The notes: generated from the letters alone by a model not told the origin. A stretch of DNA of 64,000 nucleotides from Fidelibacterota bacterium (GCA_016845065.1 JAERTG010000100.1:107360-171359), one strand, 5' to 3'; positions 18,503-28,440 are shown, counted from the stretch's first letter. Numbers and translations: made by a program.

Positions 18503-19801
18503 CTAATCTACTGACACCAAATCTGCTTTGGTAAAGAACCGTTCCAGGACCTTGATCATCATTTCATGATCTTTCGCACCAGCAGTTTCTCGGATTGAGT
18601 GCATTGATAGCATAGCATTCCCAACGTCTACTACTGGTATACCCAATCCAGTCGCTGTTATGGGGCCAATGGTCGATCCACAAGGTAAGTCTGTCTTATG
18701 AACATAATGTTGGACCGGGACATCCACCTCTTTGCACAACTGTTCAAAAATAGCTGAGGTAAAAGCACTGGTCGCATAACGATGATTTGCATTCACCTTG
18801 ATGACGGGCCCTCTATTCATCTTGACAGCATGTTGAGGATCATGATAACCTTCATAATTGGGATGAATAGCATGGGCTCCATCTGCAGAAATACATGCAC
18901 TATTTGCTAGTGCACGTTGGGTGGGATAATCTGAGTTATCCGATCCCACTACCCTTGTGATAATATCACGGACAAAGGCCGAGGCAGCACCATTCTCTGT
19001 TGAGCTCCCAATCTCTTCATTGTCAAACAGGGCGATCATAGCAGTTTGGGAAGCTGTGAATGGTTTTGATATCAGTGCCTGAAAAGATGCGTGACACATG
19101 GTGAGATTGTCAATCCTGCCACTCACTATGAACTCATCATTCAGTCCACTAAAAGTAGCCTCATGCGTATCATAACACTCTAATTGCCAGCTGGCGATTT
19201 CATTGCGATCCACCTTCAGTGCATCAGCGATAAGACCCTCAATCAAGTTTGCATCTACCACCTCGCCATTTGACCTTTCGAGTGCAAGGATGGGAGGCAG
19301 ATGAGTTTGCTTATTCAGCTTCAAACCTTTTTCATTCACTTCCCTATTCAAGTGAATCGCAAGTTGTGGAACTCTAAGCAGAACACGATCAGATTTGAAA
19401 GGAACAACTCGCAACTTCCCATTTTGCCTTAGAATAACCCGACCAGCCAATGATAAGTCGCGATCTGTCCAACTTGCTAAGAGGGGGCCACCATAAACCT
19501 CTACGCCAAGCTGGATATAGCCACTCTTAGAGTATTGTGCCTTCGGTTTTAAATGAAGTCCGGGAGAATCTGTGTGAGCTCCAACGAGGCGTATTCCAGA
19601 TGATTTACCATTGCCCATCTGCCAGGCAGCCAATGCTGATTGACTGCGGATAACATAGTACTTTGAATTTGGTCGCAGGTCCCAGGCGTCTTTCTCATCT
19701 AATTCAGTAAATCCTGCTGATTTAAGTGCTTTCTCTGCGGTCAGAACAGCATGATAGGCTGTGACGCTCTGGTTTAAATAGTCAATAAGACTTTTTAACA
19801 T
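18503..19801 (-). CDS. M18 family aminopeptidase (aspartyl aminopeptidase-like)
   Basis: M18 family blocks (LVGAHTDSPGLHLKP, metal-ligand regions). 432 aa. Confidence 0.8.
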   Translation of the reverse strand: MLKSLIDYLNQSVTAYHAVLTAEKALKSAGFTELDEKDAWDLRPNSKYYVIRSQSALAAWQMGNGKSSGIRLVGAHTDSPGLHLKPKAQYSKSGYIQLGVEVYGGPLLASWTDRDLSLAGRVILRQNGKLRVVPFKSDRVLLRVPQLAIHLNREVNEKGLKLNKQTHLPPILALERSNGEVVDANLIEGLIADALKVDRNEIASWQLECYDTHEATFSGLNDEFIVSGRIDNLTMCHASFQALISKPFTASQTAMIALFDNEEIGSSTENGAASAFVRDIITRVVGSDNSDYPTQRALANSACISADGAHAIHPNYEGYHDPQHAVKMNRGPVIKVNANHRYATSAFTSAIFEQLCKEVDVPVQHYVHKTDLPCGSTIGPITATGLGIPVVDVGNAMLSMHSIRETAGAKDHEMMIKVLERFFTKADLVSVD

Positions 19802-19818
19802 GTTGGATTTCCTTTATC

Positions 19819-20916
19819 TCAATATTTTCGTTTAAAGTACTTACCTGGCAGTTGTTGAATGAGACCCTTCATTTCGAGTTGGAGCAATATCCCCAAAAGT
19901 GCGAAGGTGGTTTGCCCTGCTACAATGGACAAATCATCTATATGGATTTCTTCAGTATCGGAGAGATGTTCAAGCACTTTTGCTTCAGCGGGTTCAGCGG
20001 CAATTAAAAGTTCTTGCTGACCCTGTGAATGTCCCATTTTATACTTACCACCCATATCTTCCAACACATCCTCGACACTTTCAACTAGTTTTGCTCCCTG
20101 TTTGATCAAAAGATTGGTTCCACGACTCTGTCTACTATTTACTGGTCCTGGAACAGAAAAGACCTCTCTGTTTTGATCGAGCGCAAAATATGCCGTAATC
20201 AGTGAGCCGCTTCTCTCAGCAGCCTCAACTACGATGGTACCCATAGTGAGTCCTGAAATAATTCGGTTTCGGCGCGGGAAATTCTGAGCATCAGGTTTGC
20301 TCCCCATGAGAAATTCTGAGATTAACAGACCCTTCTTAGATATCTCATCATAAATATCACGGTTTTCAGCAGGATAAACTCTATCAACTCCATTACCAAG
20401 GACAGCGATTGTTTGACCTCCTGCGGCTAAACAAGCATCATGGGCGTAAGTGTCAACTCCTCTGGCAGCACCTGAGACTATCGTCAGTCCTTTATTTACC
20501 AGCTCTCTGCTAAATTGTTTTGATATTTCCTTGCCATAACCACTGGGAGTACGAGTTCCAACCATAGCGATACTATCAGATTTCAATAATTTAATATCGC
20601 CCCTGCAAAACAGAGCGAAGGGTGGATCATAGATTTCCTTTAACGGGTCAGGATAAGAATCATCCCAAAGTGTGACAATTTCAACCTGAAATTTATCAAT
20701 GAGTTTGGCTTGTCCAGAAATAAGATCTTCATCGGGATCAGACAGAATTGATTTGGCAATTTTATCCTTTATACCTGGAATTCTTGTCAGCTCTTTGTAT
20801 CCAGCTGTGAAAATATTCTCCAGTAATCCAAATTCTGTGATGAGGTCTAATGTTTTCCTAGGACCCACTCCAGGGATGCTAAGCATCCGAATGATATTAA
20901 ATATTTTTTTATTCAC
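19819..20916 (-). CDS. dprA: DNA processing protein DprA/Smf
   Basis: Rossmann-like DprA core (IAMVGTRTPSGYGKE...SGAARGVDTYAH...GGQTIAVLGNGVD) plus a C-terminal winged-helix-like domain. Confidence 0.85.
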   Translation of the reverse strand: MNKKIFNIIRMLSIPGVGPRKTLDLITEFGLLENIFTAGYKELTRIPGIKDKIAKSILSDPDEDLISGQAKLIDKFQVEIVTLWDDSYPDPLKEIYDPPFALFCRGDIKLLKSDSIAMVGTRTPSGYGKEISKQFSRELVNKGLTIVSGAARGVDTYAHDACLAAGGQTIAVLGNGVDRVYPAENRDIYDEISKKGLLISEFLMGSKPDAQNFPRRNRIISGLTMGTIVVEAAERSGSLITAYFALDQNREVFSVPGPVNSRQSRGTNLLIKQGAKLVESVEDVLEDMGGKYKMGHSQGQQELLIAAEPAEAKVLEHLSDTEEIHIDDLSIVAGQTTFALLGILLQLEMKGLIQQLPGKYFKRKY

Positions 20917-21880
20917 TAATACTGGTGGAGAGGGCTTTGATCAAATCCTCTAGTCCTTCTCCAGAAACCGATGAAATGGGAAAAAGGTCAACCGGTTCGA
21001 AGGTCGCCATCTTTGGTACGCCAACAAATGAGTCCATTTTAGTAACAGCAAGTATACGTTTTCGTTGAATAAGACCTGGGCTGTATTTCTTCACTTCCTC
21101 GAAGAGAAGTCGATATGATTCCGCTGGATCTTCATCGTTTGCATCCACGAGAAACAACAACACACTACATCGTTCAACATGTTTGAGGAACTGGATTCCT
21201 AAACCCTTGCCTTCGTGTGCACCTTCTATGAGACCTGGAATATCAGCCATAACAAAGCTGGAATAGGCACCAGACTTCACGATGCCAAGATTTGGGGTTA
21301 GTGTGGTAAATGGGTAATCTGCAATCTTGGGCTTGGCTCTTGATACTCGTGACAAAAGTGTAGATTTGCCTGCGTTGGGAAAACCAACAAGTCCCACATC
21401 TGCCAGGACCTTCAACTCTAATTCCAGCTCTCGTTCTCGCCCTTCCCTACCATATTCGAATTCTCGGGGAGCTTGATGGGTTGGTGTGACAAATTCGGCA
21501 TTGCCCCTGCCTCCCCGACCTCCCTGAGCCACGACAATGGATTCTCCATCTATTTGCAAGTCTGCAACGATCTCACCATTTTGGAGATCCCTGACAATCG
21601 TACCAGCAGGAACTTTAACAGTTATATCATCCCCATTTTTACCGTGGCGAAGACTACCCTCTCCATGCTTTCCTCGATTCGCTTTATAAATGCGATGATA
21701 GCGTATATCTTGAAGCGTATGGAGTTGCGTGTCTACCTTGAGAATTATGCTGCCACCTCTACCTCCATTCCCACCGGCAGGACCTCCCTTGGGAACAAAT
21801 TTTTCCCGGCGAAAGGCGATAATACCATCCCCTCCCTTACCTGGTATGACCTTTATCTTAACGTAATCAACGAATCTCAT
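20909..21880 (-). CDS. obg: GTPase Obg/CgtA
   Basis: Glycine-rich Obg fold N-terminus (GGDGIIAFRREKFVPKGGPAGGNGGRGGS) and GTPase G-motifs (GFPNAGKST). Confidence 0.9.
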   Translation of the reverse strand: MRFVDYVKIKVIPGKGGDGIIAFRREKFVPKGGPAGGNGGRGGSIILKVDTQLHTLQDIRYHRIYKANRGKHGEGSLRHGKNGDDITVKVPAGTIVRDLQNGEIVADLQIDGESIVVAQGGRGGRGNAEFVTPTHQAPREFEYGREGRERELELELKVLADVGLVGFPNAGKSTLLSRVSRAKPKIADYPFTTLTPNLGIVKSGAYSSFVMADIPGLIEGAHEGKGLGIQFLKHVERCSVLLFLVDANDEDPAESYRLLFEEVKKYSPGLIQRKRILAVTKMDSFVGVPKMATFEPVDLFPISSVSGEGLEDLIKALSTSISE

Positions 21881-21888
21881 TTATTATC

Positions 21889-22419
21889 CTAGCGGTAACG
21901 TTGCGCTAGCTCATCCATTCTTCTTTTCAAATAGGAGAGAAAGGCTCGATCTTCGATTTCCATATCGTAGATGAGCACCTCCGCTACCTCTTCATAATCA
22001 AGTGCACATAGGATTGTTACCTCTCCATTTTTTTCCCACCCGTCTGTAACATCTACATGATTCATGATTTGCTCTAGTGTTAAAGGAAGACCAGACAATA
22101 GTTGGAATTCATCTGCCTCGGAGTAATTAATTTGCTTCTCATCCCAATAGTCGCGCAAAATGATTTCAATTTCACTCATCAAAAGTGTGTTCAGCTCAGA
22201 CTGAGCCTTCTGAACGGATACTTCCAAATCAAATGAGTGTTCCTCAGGTAAATGAATGACTATGAAAATAGTGTCACGAACAGCCCGGTGCGTATCTACC
22301 CATTTCGGTGCTTTGCTGGTACCTGCACTAGGGAGGTCATATTTTACAGACTTTGATGCACATCCCATAATGAGAATCATTAGAATGATAAGCAGGGAAA
22401 CCTTATGCTGTATTTTCAT
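21889..22419 (-). CDS. Hypothetical lipoprotein
   Basis: Signal peptide with lipobox LIMGCAS. No recognisable domain. Tightly packed between hutH and obg. Confidence 0.5.
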   Translation of the reverse strand: MKIQHKVSLLIILMILIMGCASKSVKYDLPSAGTSKAPKWVDTHRAVRDTIFIVIHLPEEHSFDLEVSVQKAQSELNTLLMSEIEIILRDYWDEKQINYSEADEFQLLSGLPLTLEQIMNHVDVTDGWEKNGEVTILCALDYEEVAEVLIYDMEIEDRAFLSYLKRRMDELAQRYR

Positions 22420-23939
22420 GCATCTGACTCCAATTGATTTTGCACTATTTTTGAAATTCCACCCGAAGATACCATTTTGTGGATTGCTTCGATATGTGCG
22501 CTTAATGGACCATCAGCTTCCAGATATGGCACTTCTCTACGAATCAACTGATAAATGGCCTCACTACATGGTGCTAATTGGTACTGCGGATTCAAATCCC
22601 TGGCTTGAGCACCACACATAAGCTCTATGGCAATTATTCTAGAAGTATTTGAGATAATCTGTTTTAGTTGATGACCTGCGTTTGGAGCCATACTCACATG
22701 ATCTTCCTGGTTAGCAGATGTTGGAATTGAATCTACAGAAGCTGGATGACTGAGGGTTTTATTCTCACTAGCAAGAGCCGCAGCTGTAACATGCGCTATC
22801 ATGAATCCCGAATTCAACCCGGCTTCCTTCATAAGGAACATAGGCAGGTTACTCTGACTAGTCTCCTGAAAGGCGGCTATTCGTCGCTCACTCATGGCAG
22901 CGACATCTGAAAGAGATATTGCGAGGTAGTCCAAAGTATGAGCAATGGGGGCTGCATGGAAATTACCACCGGAGACGATGATGTTCTCCTCTATCAAAGT
23001 AACCGGGTTATCAGTCGTGCTATTAGCTTCTTGAGTGAGTATTCGTTCAGCGTGAACAATAAGATCATACCAGGCCCCATGAACCTGAGGCATGCATCTG
23101 AGACTGTAGAAGTCCTGTACTCTGTCGCAGTCAACATGAGCATCTCGATACCCACTCCCAGCCATCAGTGTATACAATAATTTACCAGCATAGACCTGTC
23201 CGGGTTGATTGCGAGCCTCCTGGATTTCTGACCTGAAGGCTGTATCAGTCCCGAGCATCACCTCAGTACTGAAAGCACCAGTGGCTGAGATAGTAAAGAA
23301 TAAATCCCTGATCTTTTTCAATGATTCGATGGCAAAAGCTGTACTTACCTGTGTACCATTTATCAAAGAGAGACCTTCTTTTTCTTTTAATTTCATTTTA
23401 GGAAGTTTGTATTGATCCAATACATCCGAAGCTGGGACCACGGATCCATCCGGATTGAGAAATTCGCCTTCTCCGATGAGGGGCAATGCCAAATCGGCCA
23501 GGGGTGCCAGGTCGCCACTAGCTCCCACGCTGCCTCTCTCGCGTATGGCTGGCGTAAGATTATGATTGTACAAAGCCATCAATGCCTCGATGACTTCAAG
23601 ACGAATTCCAGAATACCCTCTGAGTAAACTGTTGATCTTAAGCAGCAGAATCAATTGAACTGTTTTTTGAGGTAGGTAAGCCCCCGTTCCGGCAGCATGA
23701 CTTCGCAGAAGATTCACCTGCAGTTGACGTAAATTTTCACTTGATATTTTCTGATTGGCTAATTTGCCAAAGCCAGTATTTACACCATAGACTTTTCTAC
23801 CGGTCTCTAGAACATTTTCAACGACCTGTCTGGATTTGCGTACTAGCTGCATAGATTCTGGGGAAAGAGAAAGTTTAGTTGGCACTTCAAGCTCTTCAAA
23901 TATCCCTTTCAGGGTCAACGAATTACCATCTAGAATCAT
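22416..23939 (-). CDS. hutH: Histidine ammonia-lyase (aromatic amino acid ammonia-lyase family, MIO cofactor)
   Basis: Ala-Ser-Gly MIO-forming triad in SVGASGDLAPLA, 507 aa. No hutU or hutI adjacent, so substrate (His, Tyr or Phe) is uncertain. Confidence 0.8.
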   Translation of the reverse strand: MILDGNSLTLKGIFEELEVPTKLSLSPESMQLVRKSRQVVENVLETGRKVYGVNTGFGKLANQKISSENLRQLQVNLLRSHAAGTGAYLPQKTVQLILLLKINSLLRGYSGIRLEVIEALMALYNHNLTPAIRERGSVGASGDLAPLADLALPLIGEGEFLNPDGSVVPASDVLDQYKLPKMKLKEKEGLSLINGTQVSTAFAIESLKKIRDLFFTISATGAFSTEVMLGTDTAFRSEIQEARNQPGQVYAGKLLYTLMAGSGYRDAHVDCDRVQDFYSLRCMPQVHGAWYDLIVHAERILTQEANSTTDNPVTLIEENIIVSGGNFHAAPIAHTLDYLAISLSDVAAMSERRIAAFQETSQSNLPMFLMKEAGLNSGFMIAHVTAAALASENKTLSHPASVDSIPTSANQEDHVSMAPNAGHQLKQIISNTSRIIAIELMCGAQARDLNPQYQLAPCSEAIYQLIRREVPYLEADGPLSAHIEAIHKMVSSGGISKIVQNQLESDA

Positions 23940-23951
23940 ATTCTACTCACT

Positions 23952-26819
23952 TTAATTTGTGTTGGCGTCTGCTATTCCGTGAGACCTATACCATCCCCGG
24001 ATTGAATCAACGAGTTCTCTCTCTGAATTTGCTGGTACATGTGGTATAGGAGTGGAATTCCGAAAATAATCACCATATCGTTTTGTAAAGATCCTCTCAT
24101 CCAGTGAAAGAATGGCACCAAAATCTGAAGTACTACGAATAAGTCTGCCAACTCCCTGTTTGTACTTGATTGCCGCCTCAGGCACGCTATAGCCCATGAA
24201 ATCATTCTCTCCCGCTGCTTTTAATGCATCACTGTTTGCTCGGACAATGGGGTCCGAGGGTACCAAAAATGGTAATTTAGCGATTACCAGTAATTGCAGG
24301 GCATCCCCGCGGATATCCACACCCTGCCAAAAGCTATCTGTCGCCAACAGAATGCTATCTGGGTATTTCCGGAACTGGTTGATCAAATCCATTCTTGAGA
24401 CCCGACTCGATTGAACCAATAACCGTCGACCAGAACCTTTAATGCGATCCTCGAGTTCTTCCTGCCAGTTGAGTAGCATGGTATAGCTGGTAAATAAGAT
24501 CATCGTACCCACAGGATGGGTTTTCCAAATTTTTTCAAGCAGAAATAAGACTTCTATTGTATAATTCTCGGCATTTTGCGGCCCCATAAAAGTGGGTACG
24601 AAGATTCTCGCCTGATCTTCATAGTAGAAAGGTGATGGATAGGTCATTTCTTTGAGCCTATCGTGTCCTTTCAATCCCAAACGTTGTTTGAGATAGCTAA
24701 AACTGCCATCGATATTCAGAGTACCTGAAGTGAAAATAGCACATTCAAGATTTTCATATACTCGATCCTGCATTTGCTTGCCTATCTCGAGCGGAACCTG
24801 AACAAATTTTACTGCCACAACTTCACTTTTCGGCAAAATTTCAAACCAATAAATCAGTTCGGGATTATCTGCTGCAGCCTGTTTGTCCATAACTGAAAGA
24901 GTTTGAACCATCATTTCTCGCCAGGACTGAAACCTTGACCTAATTTCCGATAGACCTGGTAGGGAATCATCATCAAGCTCATCCAGAGATTTTTCCACAT
25001 CCCTAACCAGGTTATTAAGGGAGGTTAAACTGGTGACCACCGAGTACCATATTCCTCGGACCGGTGCGAAGGGATCCTTTTCTGCAGTATATAACTCTTT
25101 GTAGGTAAAAGTGGCACGTTCAATATCACGCTGTCTGGTTGCTTTGAACTCAGTAAAAAAGGCCAAGAGGGTCTTATCAAATTCCTGAATATCTGTCTCT
25201 AATTGATCAAGCTGCGAAAGAAGACCTGTTTTTTGTTTTTCATCGACTGGAACAAGCAGGTGACGCAACTCTATGGACATTCCACTCTTATTTCTGCCTT
25301 TATAAAACAACTGATCCATTTGAATCCGTAGACTCTTATACGAAAACTCTGCCGCAAAAAATTGATAGGCGGTTTTCTCGAGCAGATGGGCCTCATCAAC
25401 AATAAGCCTCTGATAACTAGGCAGGATAGCATGATCAGCCGCAGCATCTGCCAGAAGGAGCGAATGATTGACTACCACAATATCGGCCTTTGCAGATTCC
25501 TGGCGTAATTTCCCGAGATAACAGAAATCATTATGTGCACATACGTTTGTTGTGCAGAAGCCCGGCTCACTATTGAGCTTGGACCAAACCAAGGCATTTC
25601 CCACAGTATGAAAACCGTTATGCTCGTCAATGTCGCCAGTAGGTGTTTCATGAGCCCAGACCACTAAAGTCTGCAAGGCTTCCTTTTCGCGACGGCTAAA
25701 ACGCCAACTCACATCCCGCAAGGCACGTTGCCATTTGGTTTTACAGATGTAATTATTGCGGCCTTTCAAGAGGAGTGCTCGTACCGGCAATCCAAGCTTT
25801 TCCTGGATAAAGGGAATTTCTTTGTGGAAAAGCTGATCCTGTAGATTCTTCGTGTTACAACTGATAAAAATGGGCTCGTCCTCTTTGAGCTCATGTCTTG
25901 TCAAAACGGCCGGGATAGTATAAGCCAGACTCTTCCCCACACCTGTACCCGCTTCACCCATAAGAAACTCATCATTCCTCATCGCGGATTGAATATCCTG
26001 AGCAAGTGTAACTTGTGTTTCCCGAGGTTCATATCCCTCGAGATGTTTTGAAAGTAAACCTTCATCGGAAAATATTTGATCGAGATCAGGGAAGCCACCT
26101 TCTGTGGTAGAATGGCGAATATTCGGTTTTTGGGGTAAAAGAATTCGTGGATACTCATCCAACTCTTCCAACGATCGTCCAGAGGCTGTCCATTCCAATA
26201 TCGATTTATACAATTCCTCGTTTGGCAAATCAGTGCCATGGAGAACATCTACTAAAGCCTTAATCACGTCAGGTGACAATCGCTTCATCTCCGAAATCAG
26301 GATAAGCAGGATGTCCGCAACCATGTCAGCGTCATAGTCTGCTCGGTGTGCACCTTCTTTGGATAAACCATAGAATTCAGCTGCCGTCCCCAGTTTATGA
26401 TTGATCATATCATATCGAAGGGTGCGCACCAAACTTAGTGTATCGATGCGCTGATTCTTAAGGGGAATTCCATCAATGGCTTCACGCTTAACATTTAGAA
26501 AATTATGATCGAAGTAAATATTATGTGCTACGAGCGGATGGTTCCCCAGAAAATCGTATAAATCATCTACTACTTCTTCGAATGTTGGAGCATCCGCAAC
26601 CATTTCATTGGTGATACCCGTTAGTTTGGTGATGAATTTCGGGATTCTAACGGGAGGCTTTATAAACTGTTGATAGCGTTCCGTGGCAATGCCATTTACA
26701 ACCTTGACAGCTCCGAACTCAATAACAAAATCTACTTTAGGATCTAAACCAGTGGTCTCGAGGTCAAATGAGACAAATGACCCTAAGCCTATTCCCTGCA
26801 AGTATTCGGAAAAACTCAT
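23952..26819 (-). CDS. dinG: ATP-dependent helicase DinG with N-terminal DnaQ-like 3'-5' exonuclease domain
   Basis: N-terminal exonuclease motif FVSFDLETTGLDP. DEAH box LIVDEAHLLE and a Rad3/XPD-like helicase core with Cys-rich FeS region. 955 aa. Confidence 0.85.
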   Translation of the reverse strand: MSFSEYLQGIGLGSFVSFDLETTGLDPKVDFVIEFGAVKVVNGIATERYQQFIKPPVRIPKFITKLTGITNEMVADAPTFEEVVDDLYDFLGNHPLVAHNIYFDHNFLNVKREAIDGIPLKNQRIDTLSLVRTLRYDMINHKLGTAAEFYGLSKEGAHRADYDADMVADILLILISEMKRLSPDVIKALVDVLHGTDLPNEELYKSILEWTASGRSLEELDEYPRILLPQKPNIRHSTTEGGFPDLDQIFSDEGLLSKHLEGYEPRETQVTLAQDIQSAMRNDEFLMGEAGTGVGKSLAYTIPAVLTRHELKEDEPIFISCNTKNLQDQLFHKEIPFIQEKLGLPVRALLLKGRNNYICKTKWQRALRDVSWRFSRREKEALQTLVVWAHETPTGDIDEHNGFHTVGNALVWSKLNSEPGFCTTNVCAHNDFCYLGKLRQESAKADIVVVNHSLLLADAAADHAILPSYQRLIVDEAHLLEKTAYQFFAAEFSYKSLRIQMDQLFYKGRNKSGMSIELRHLLVPVDEKQKTGLLSQLDQLETDIQEFDKTLLAFFTEFKATRQRDIERATFTYKELYTAEKDPFAPVRGIWYSVVTSLTSLNNLVRDVEKSLDELDDDSLPGLSEIRSRFQSWREMMVQTLSVMDKQAAADNPELIYWFEILPKSEVVAVKFVQVPLEIGKQMQDRVYENLECAIFTSGTLNIDGSFSYLKQRLGLKGHDRLKEMTYPSPFYYEDQARIFVPTFMGPQNAENYTIEVLFLLEKIWKTHPVGTMILFTSYTMLLNWQEELEDRIKGSGRRLLVQSSRVSRMDLINQFRKYPDSILLATDSFWQGVDIRGDALQLLVIAKLPFLVPSDPIVRANSDALKAAGENDFMGYSVPEAAIKYKQGVGRLIRSTSDFGAILSLDERIFTKRYGDYFRNSTPIPHVPANSERELVDSIRGWYRSHGIADANTN

Positions 26820-26888
26820 CTGGTATGTCCCGAGATGGTGATGGAGTGAGTAGTATTCAATTCGCCCTATTCTTTCTAATATGATGGA

Positions 26889-28061
26889 TCAAACGCCAGC
26901 AAAGGCGCGCGTCACATCAATCAATATGGATGGTTTTTGTCTGGCGACAGCTGTAAATATCTTCATTAGCGAGAGTTCATCAGCAGGTACTTTTGACAAG
27001 CGATGAGCCATCTTATTCAATTTTTCATCGGTGATATCAAAAATAGCATCTGCTACGCGATGTAGTCCATCATGGGTTTTGCCCTCAGCTTTTTGCCATC
27101 TTTCAGGATAAGCCTTAAAGCCATTGGGAGTAAAATCTCCAGTCTGCAGAGCAGCCGCGGCAACCTCTCCAGCGATTCGACCACCTACCATTCCGGTGAT
27201 AATGCCACCACCAGTTACAGGATTCACCATTCTTGCAGCATCTCCAGTGAGCATGATTCCTGCCTTCGTGATAGTTTTTAGAGTTTTGGCAATGGGAATA
27301 CCGCCACATACACTGGTTAAAACTGTGGCTTTGGGGAAATGGTCTTTTAAAAACTGATGTGTAATATCGTGGGCACTAAAATCCTTTGCATAAGCACCAT
27401 TTATTCCCAACCCAATGTTTGCCATGCCATTGCCCTTGGGAAATATCCAGAGATATCCACCTGGTGCCCAGTTAGTTCCCACAAAAAAATCAATAAGTTC
27501 CTGATCAACATCAACGTTGCCCACGGTTGCCTGGTAGCCAGAATCCATATCTCTCAGTTTTGTAGCCGTGCGCAATCCAGCCAAGCGTCCGACTCTGGAT
27601 TCGACTCCATCAGCCGCGATGACAACTTTAGCTCTCAGCTGTCTATTTTCACCCATATATTGATATTTGACACCCCGAACCACATCATCTTCAACGACCA
27701 ATCCATCTACATATGCTCTGGTCTGAATTTCTGCCCCAGCATTTCCAGCACGATTTGCTAGTGCATAATCAAATAGTCTTCTGTGTAGTATGTAGCCAGC
27801 ATCTTTTATCCCAAATTCCACTTTGGTGTTATCGGGGGAACGCATTCGAACCTTAGAAATGGTTGCAGCTATCCATTGTGGATCTGGATCGATGAATTGT
27901 TTTAGCCCAGAAGCTCCCACACCTTCTCCACATCTCACGGGATAGCCAATATCTCTGTCCTTCTCCAGAAGAAGTGTTTTCGCACCTCCCTTGGCTGCAG
28001 CCTCAGCGGCCATGGATCCCGCAGGTCCCCCGCCAACTACGATTACATCAAAGTCAGTCAT
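26889..28061 (-). CDS. FAD-dependent oxidoreductase, geranylgeranyl reductase family
   Basis: FAD-binding DVIVVGGGPAGSMAAEAAAKGG. Start assigned to ATG 28059-28061 (MTDFDVIVVGGG). The ORF-track start 28100 is a spurious upstream extension. Confidence 0.75.
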   Translation of the reverse strand: MTDFDVIVVGGGPAGSMAAEAAAKGGAKTLLLEKDRDIGYPVRCGEGVGASGLKQFIDPDPQWIAATISKVRMRSPDNTKVEFGIKDAGYILHRRLFDYALANRAGNAGAEIQTRAYVDGLVVEDDVVRGVKYQYMGENRQLRAKVVIAADGVESRVGRLAGLRTATKLRDMDSGYQATVGNVDVDQELIDFFVGTNWAPGGYLWIFPKGNGMANIGLGINGAYAKDFSAHDITHQFLKDHFPKATVLTSVCGGIPIAKTLKTITKAGIMLTGDAARMVNPVTGGGIITGMVGGRIAGEVAAAALQTGDFTPNGFKAYPERWQKAEGKTHDGLHRVADAIFDITDEKLNKMAHRLSKVPADELSLMKIFTAVARQKPSILIDVTRAFAGV

Positions 28062-28251
28062 GCTTTGCCTCCTCTTTTTCTTGATCAGAAGAGAGCACAT
28101 CTATTGGACACACCCAGATACAAATATCACAATCTATACAGGTGTCGTGAATGATTGATATATCAGCCTCGCGCAACTCGATAGCATCCACGGGACATAC
28201 AGCCACGCAAGTACCACAAAAGTCACACCGATTGTCTTTTACAAGGATCAT
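28054..28251 (-). CDS. 2[4Fe-4S] ferredoxin
   Basis: Two CxxCxxCxxxCP motifs (CDFCGTCVAVCP and CIDCDICIWVCP), 65 aa. Stop overlaps the downstream flavoprotein start by 8 nt. Confidence 0.75.
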   Translation of the reverse strand: MILVKDNRCDFCGTCVAVCPVDAIELREADISIIHDTCIDCDICIWVCPIDVLSSDQEKEEAKHD

Positions 28252-28385
28252 GATAAACCCCTTTTATAGATACACGATCAACGTCGAGGAGAAACCTTAC
28301 CTCCATTGTTGATCTGTTCAGTATTAACCTGTTAAAATAGGAATCAAAGATGCATTCTAAATGATTAAATGCACTGGTTCACCGG

Positions 28386-28419
28386 AAGATGGACGTATCA
28401 GTTAATTCACGTCCATCTT
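28386..28419. repeat. Perfect inverted repeat (11-bp arms AAGATGGACGT / ACGTCCATCTT, 12-nt loop)
   Basis: Read directly from sequence. Lies 22-55 nt past the stop of the NSS transporter gene and upstream of the ferredoxin gene. No U-tract follows on the minus strand. Confidence 0.4.
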
Positions 28420-28440
28420 TGATATTTGGATCGGTATTTT

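Noticed and set aside
28062-28100. Upstream extension of the flavoprotein ORF (MCSLLIKKKRRQS)
   Set aside because: Non-ATG start inside the ferredoxin gene. The FAD-binding motif begins right after the internal ATG at 28061.
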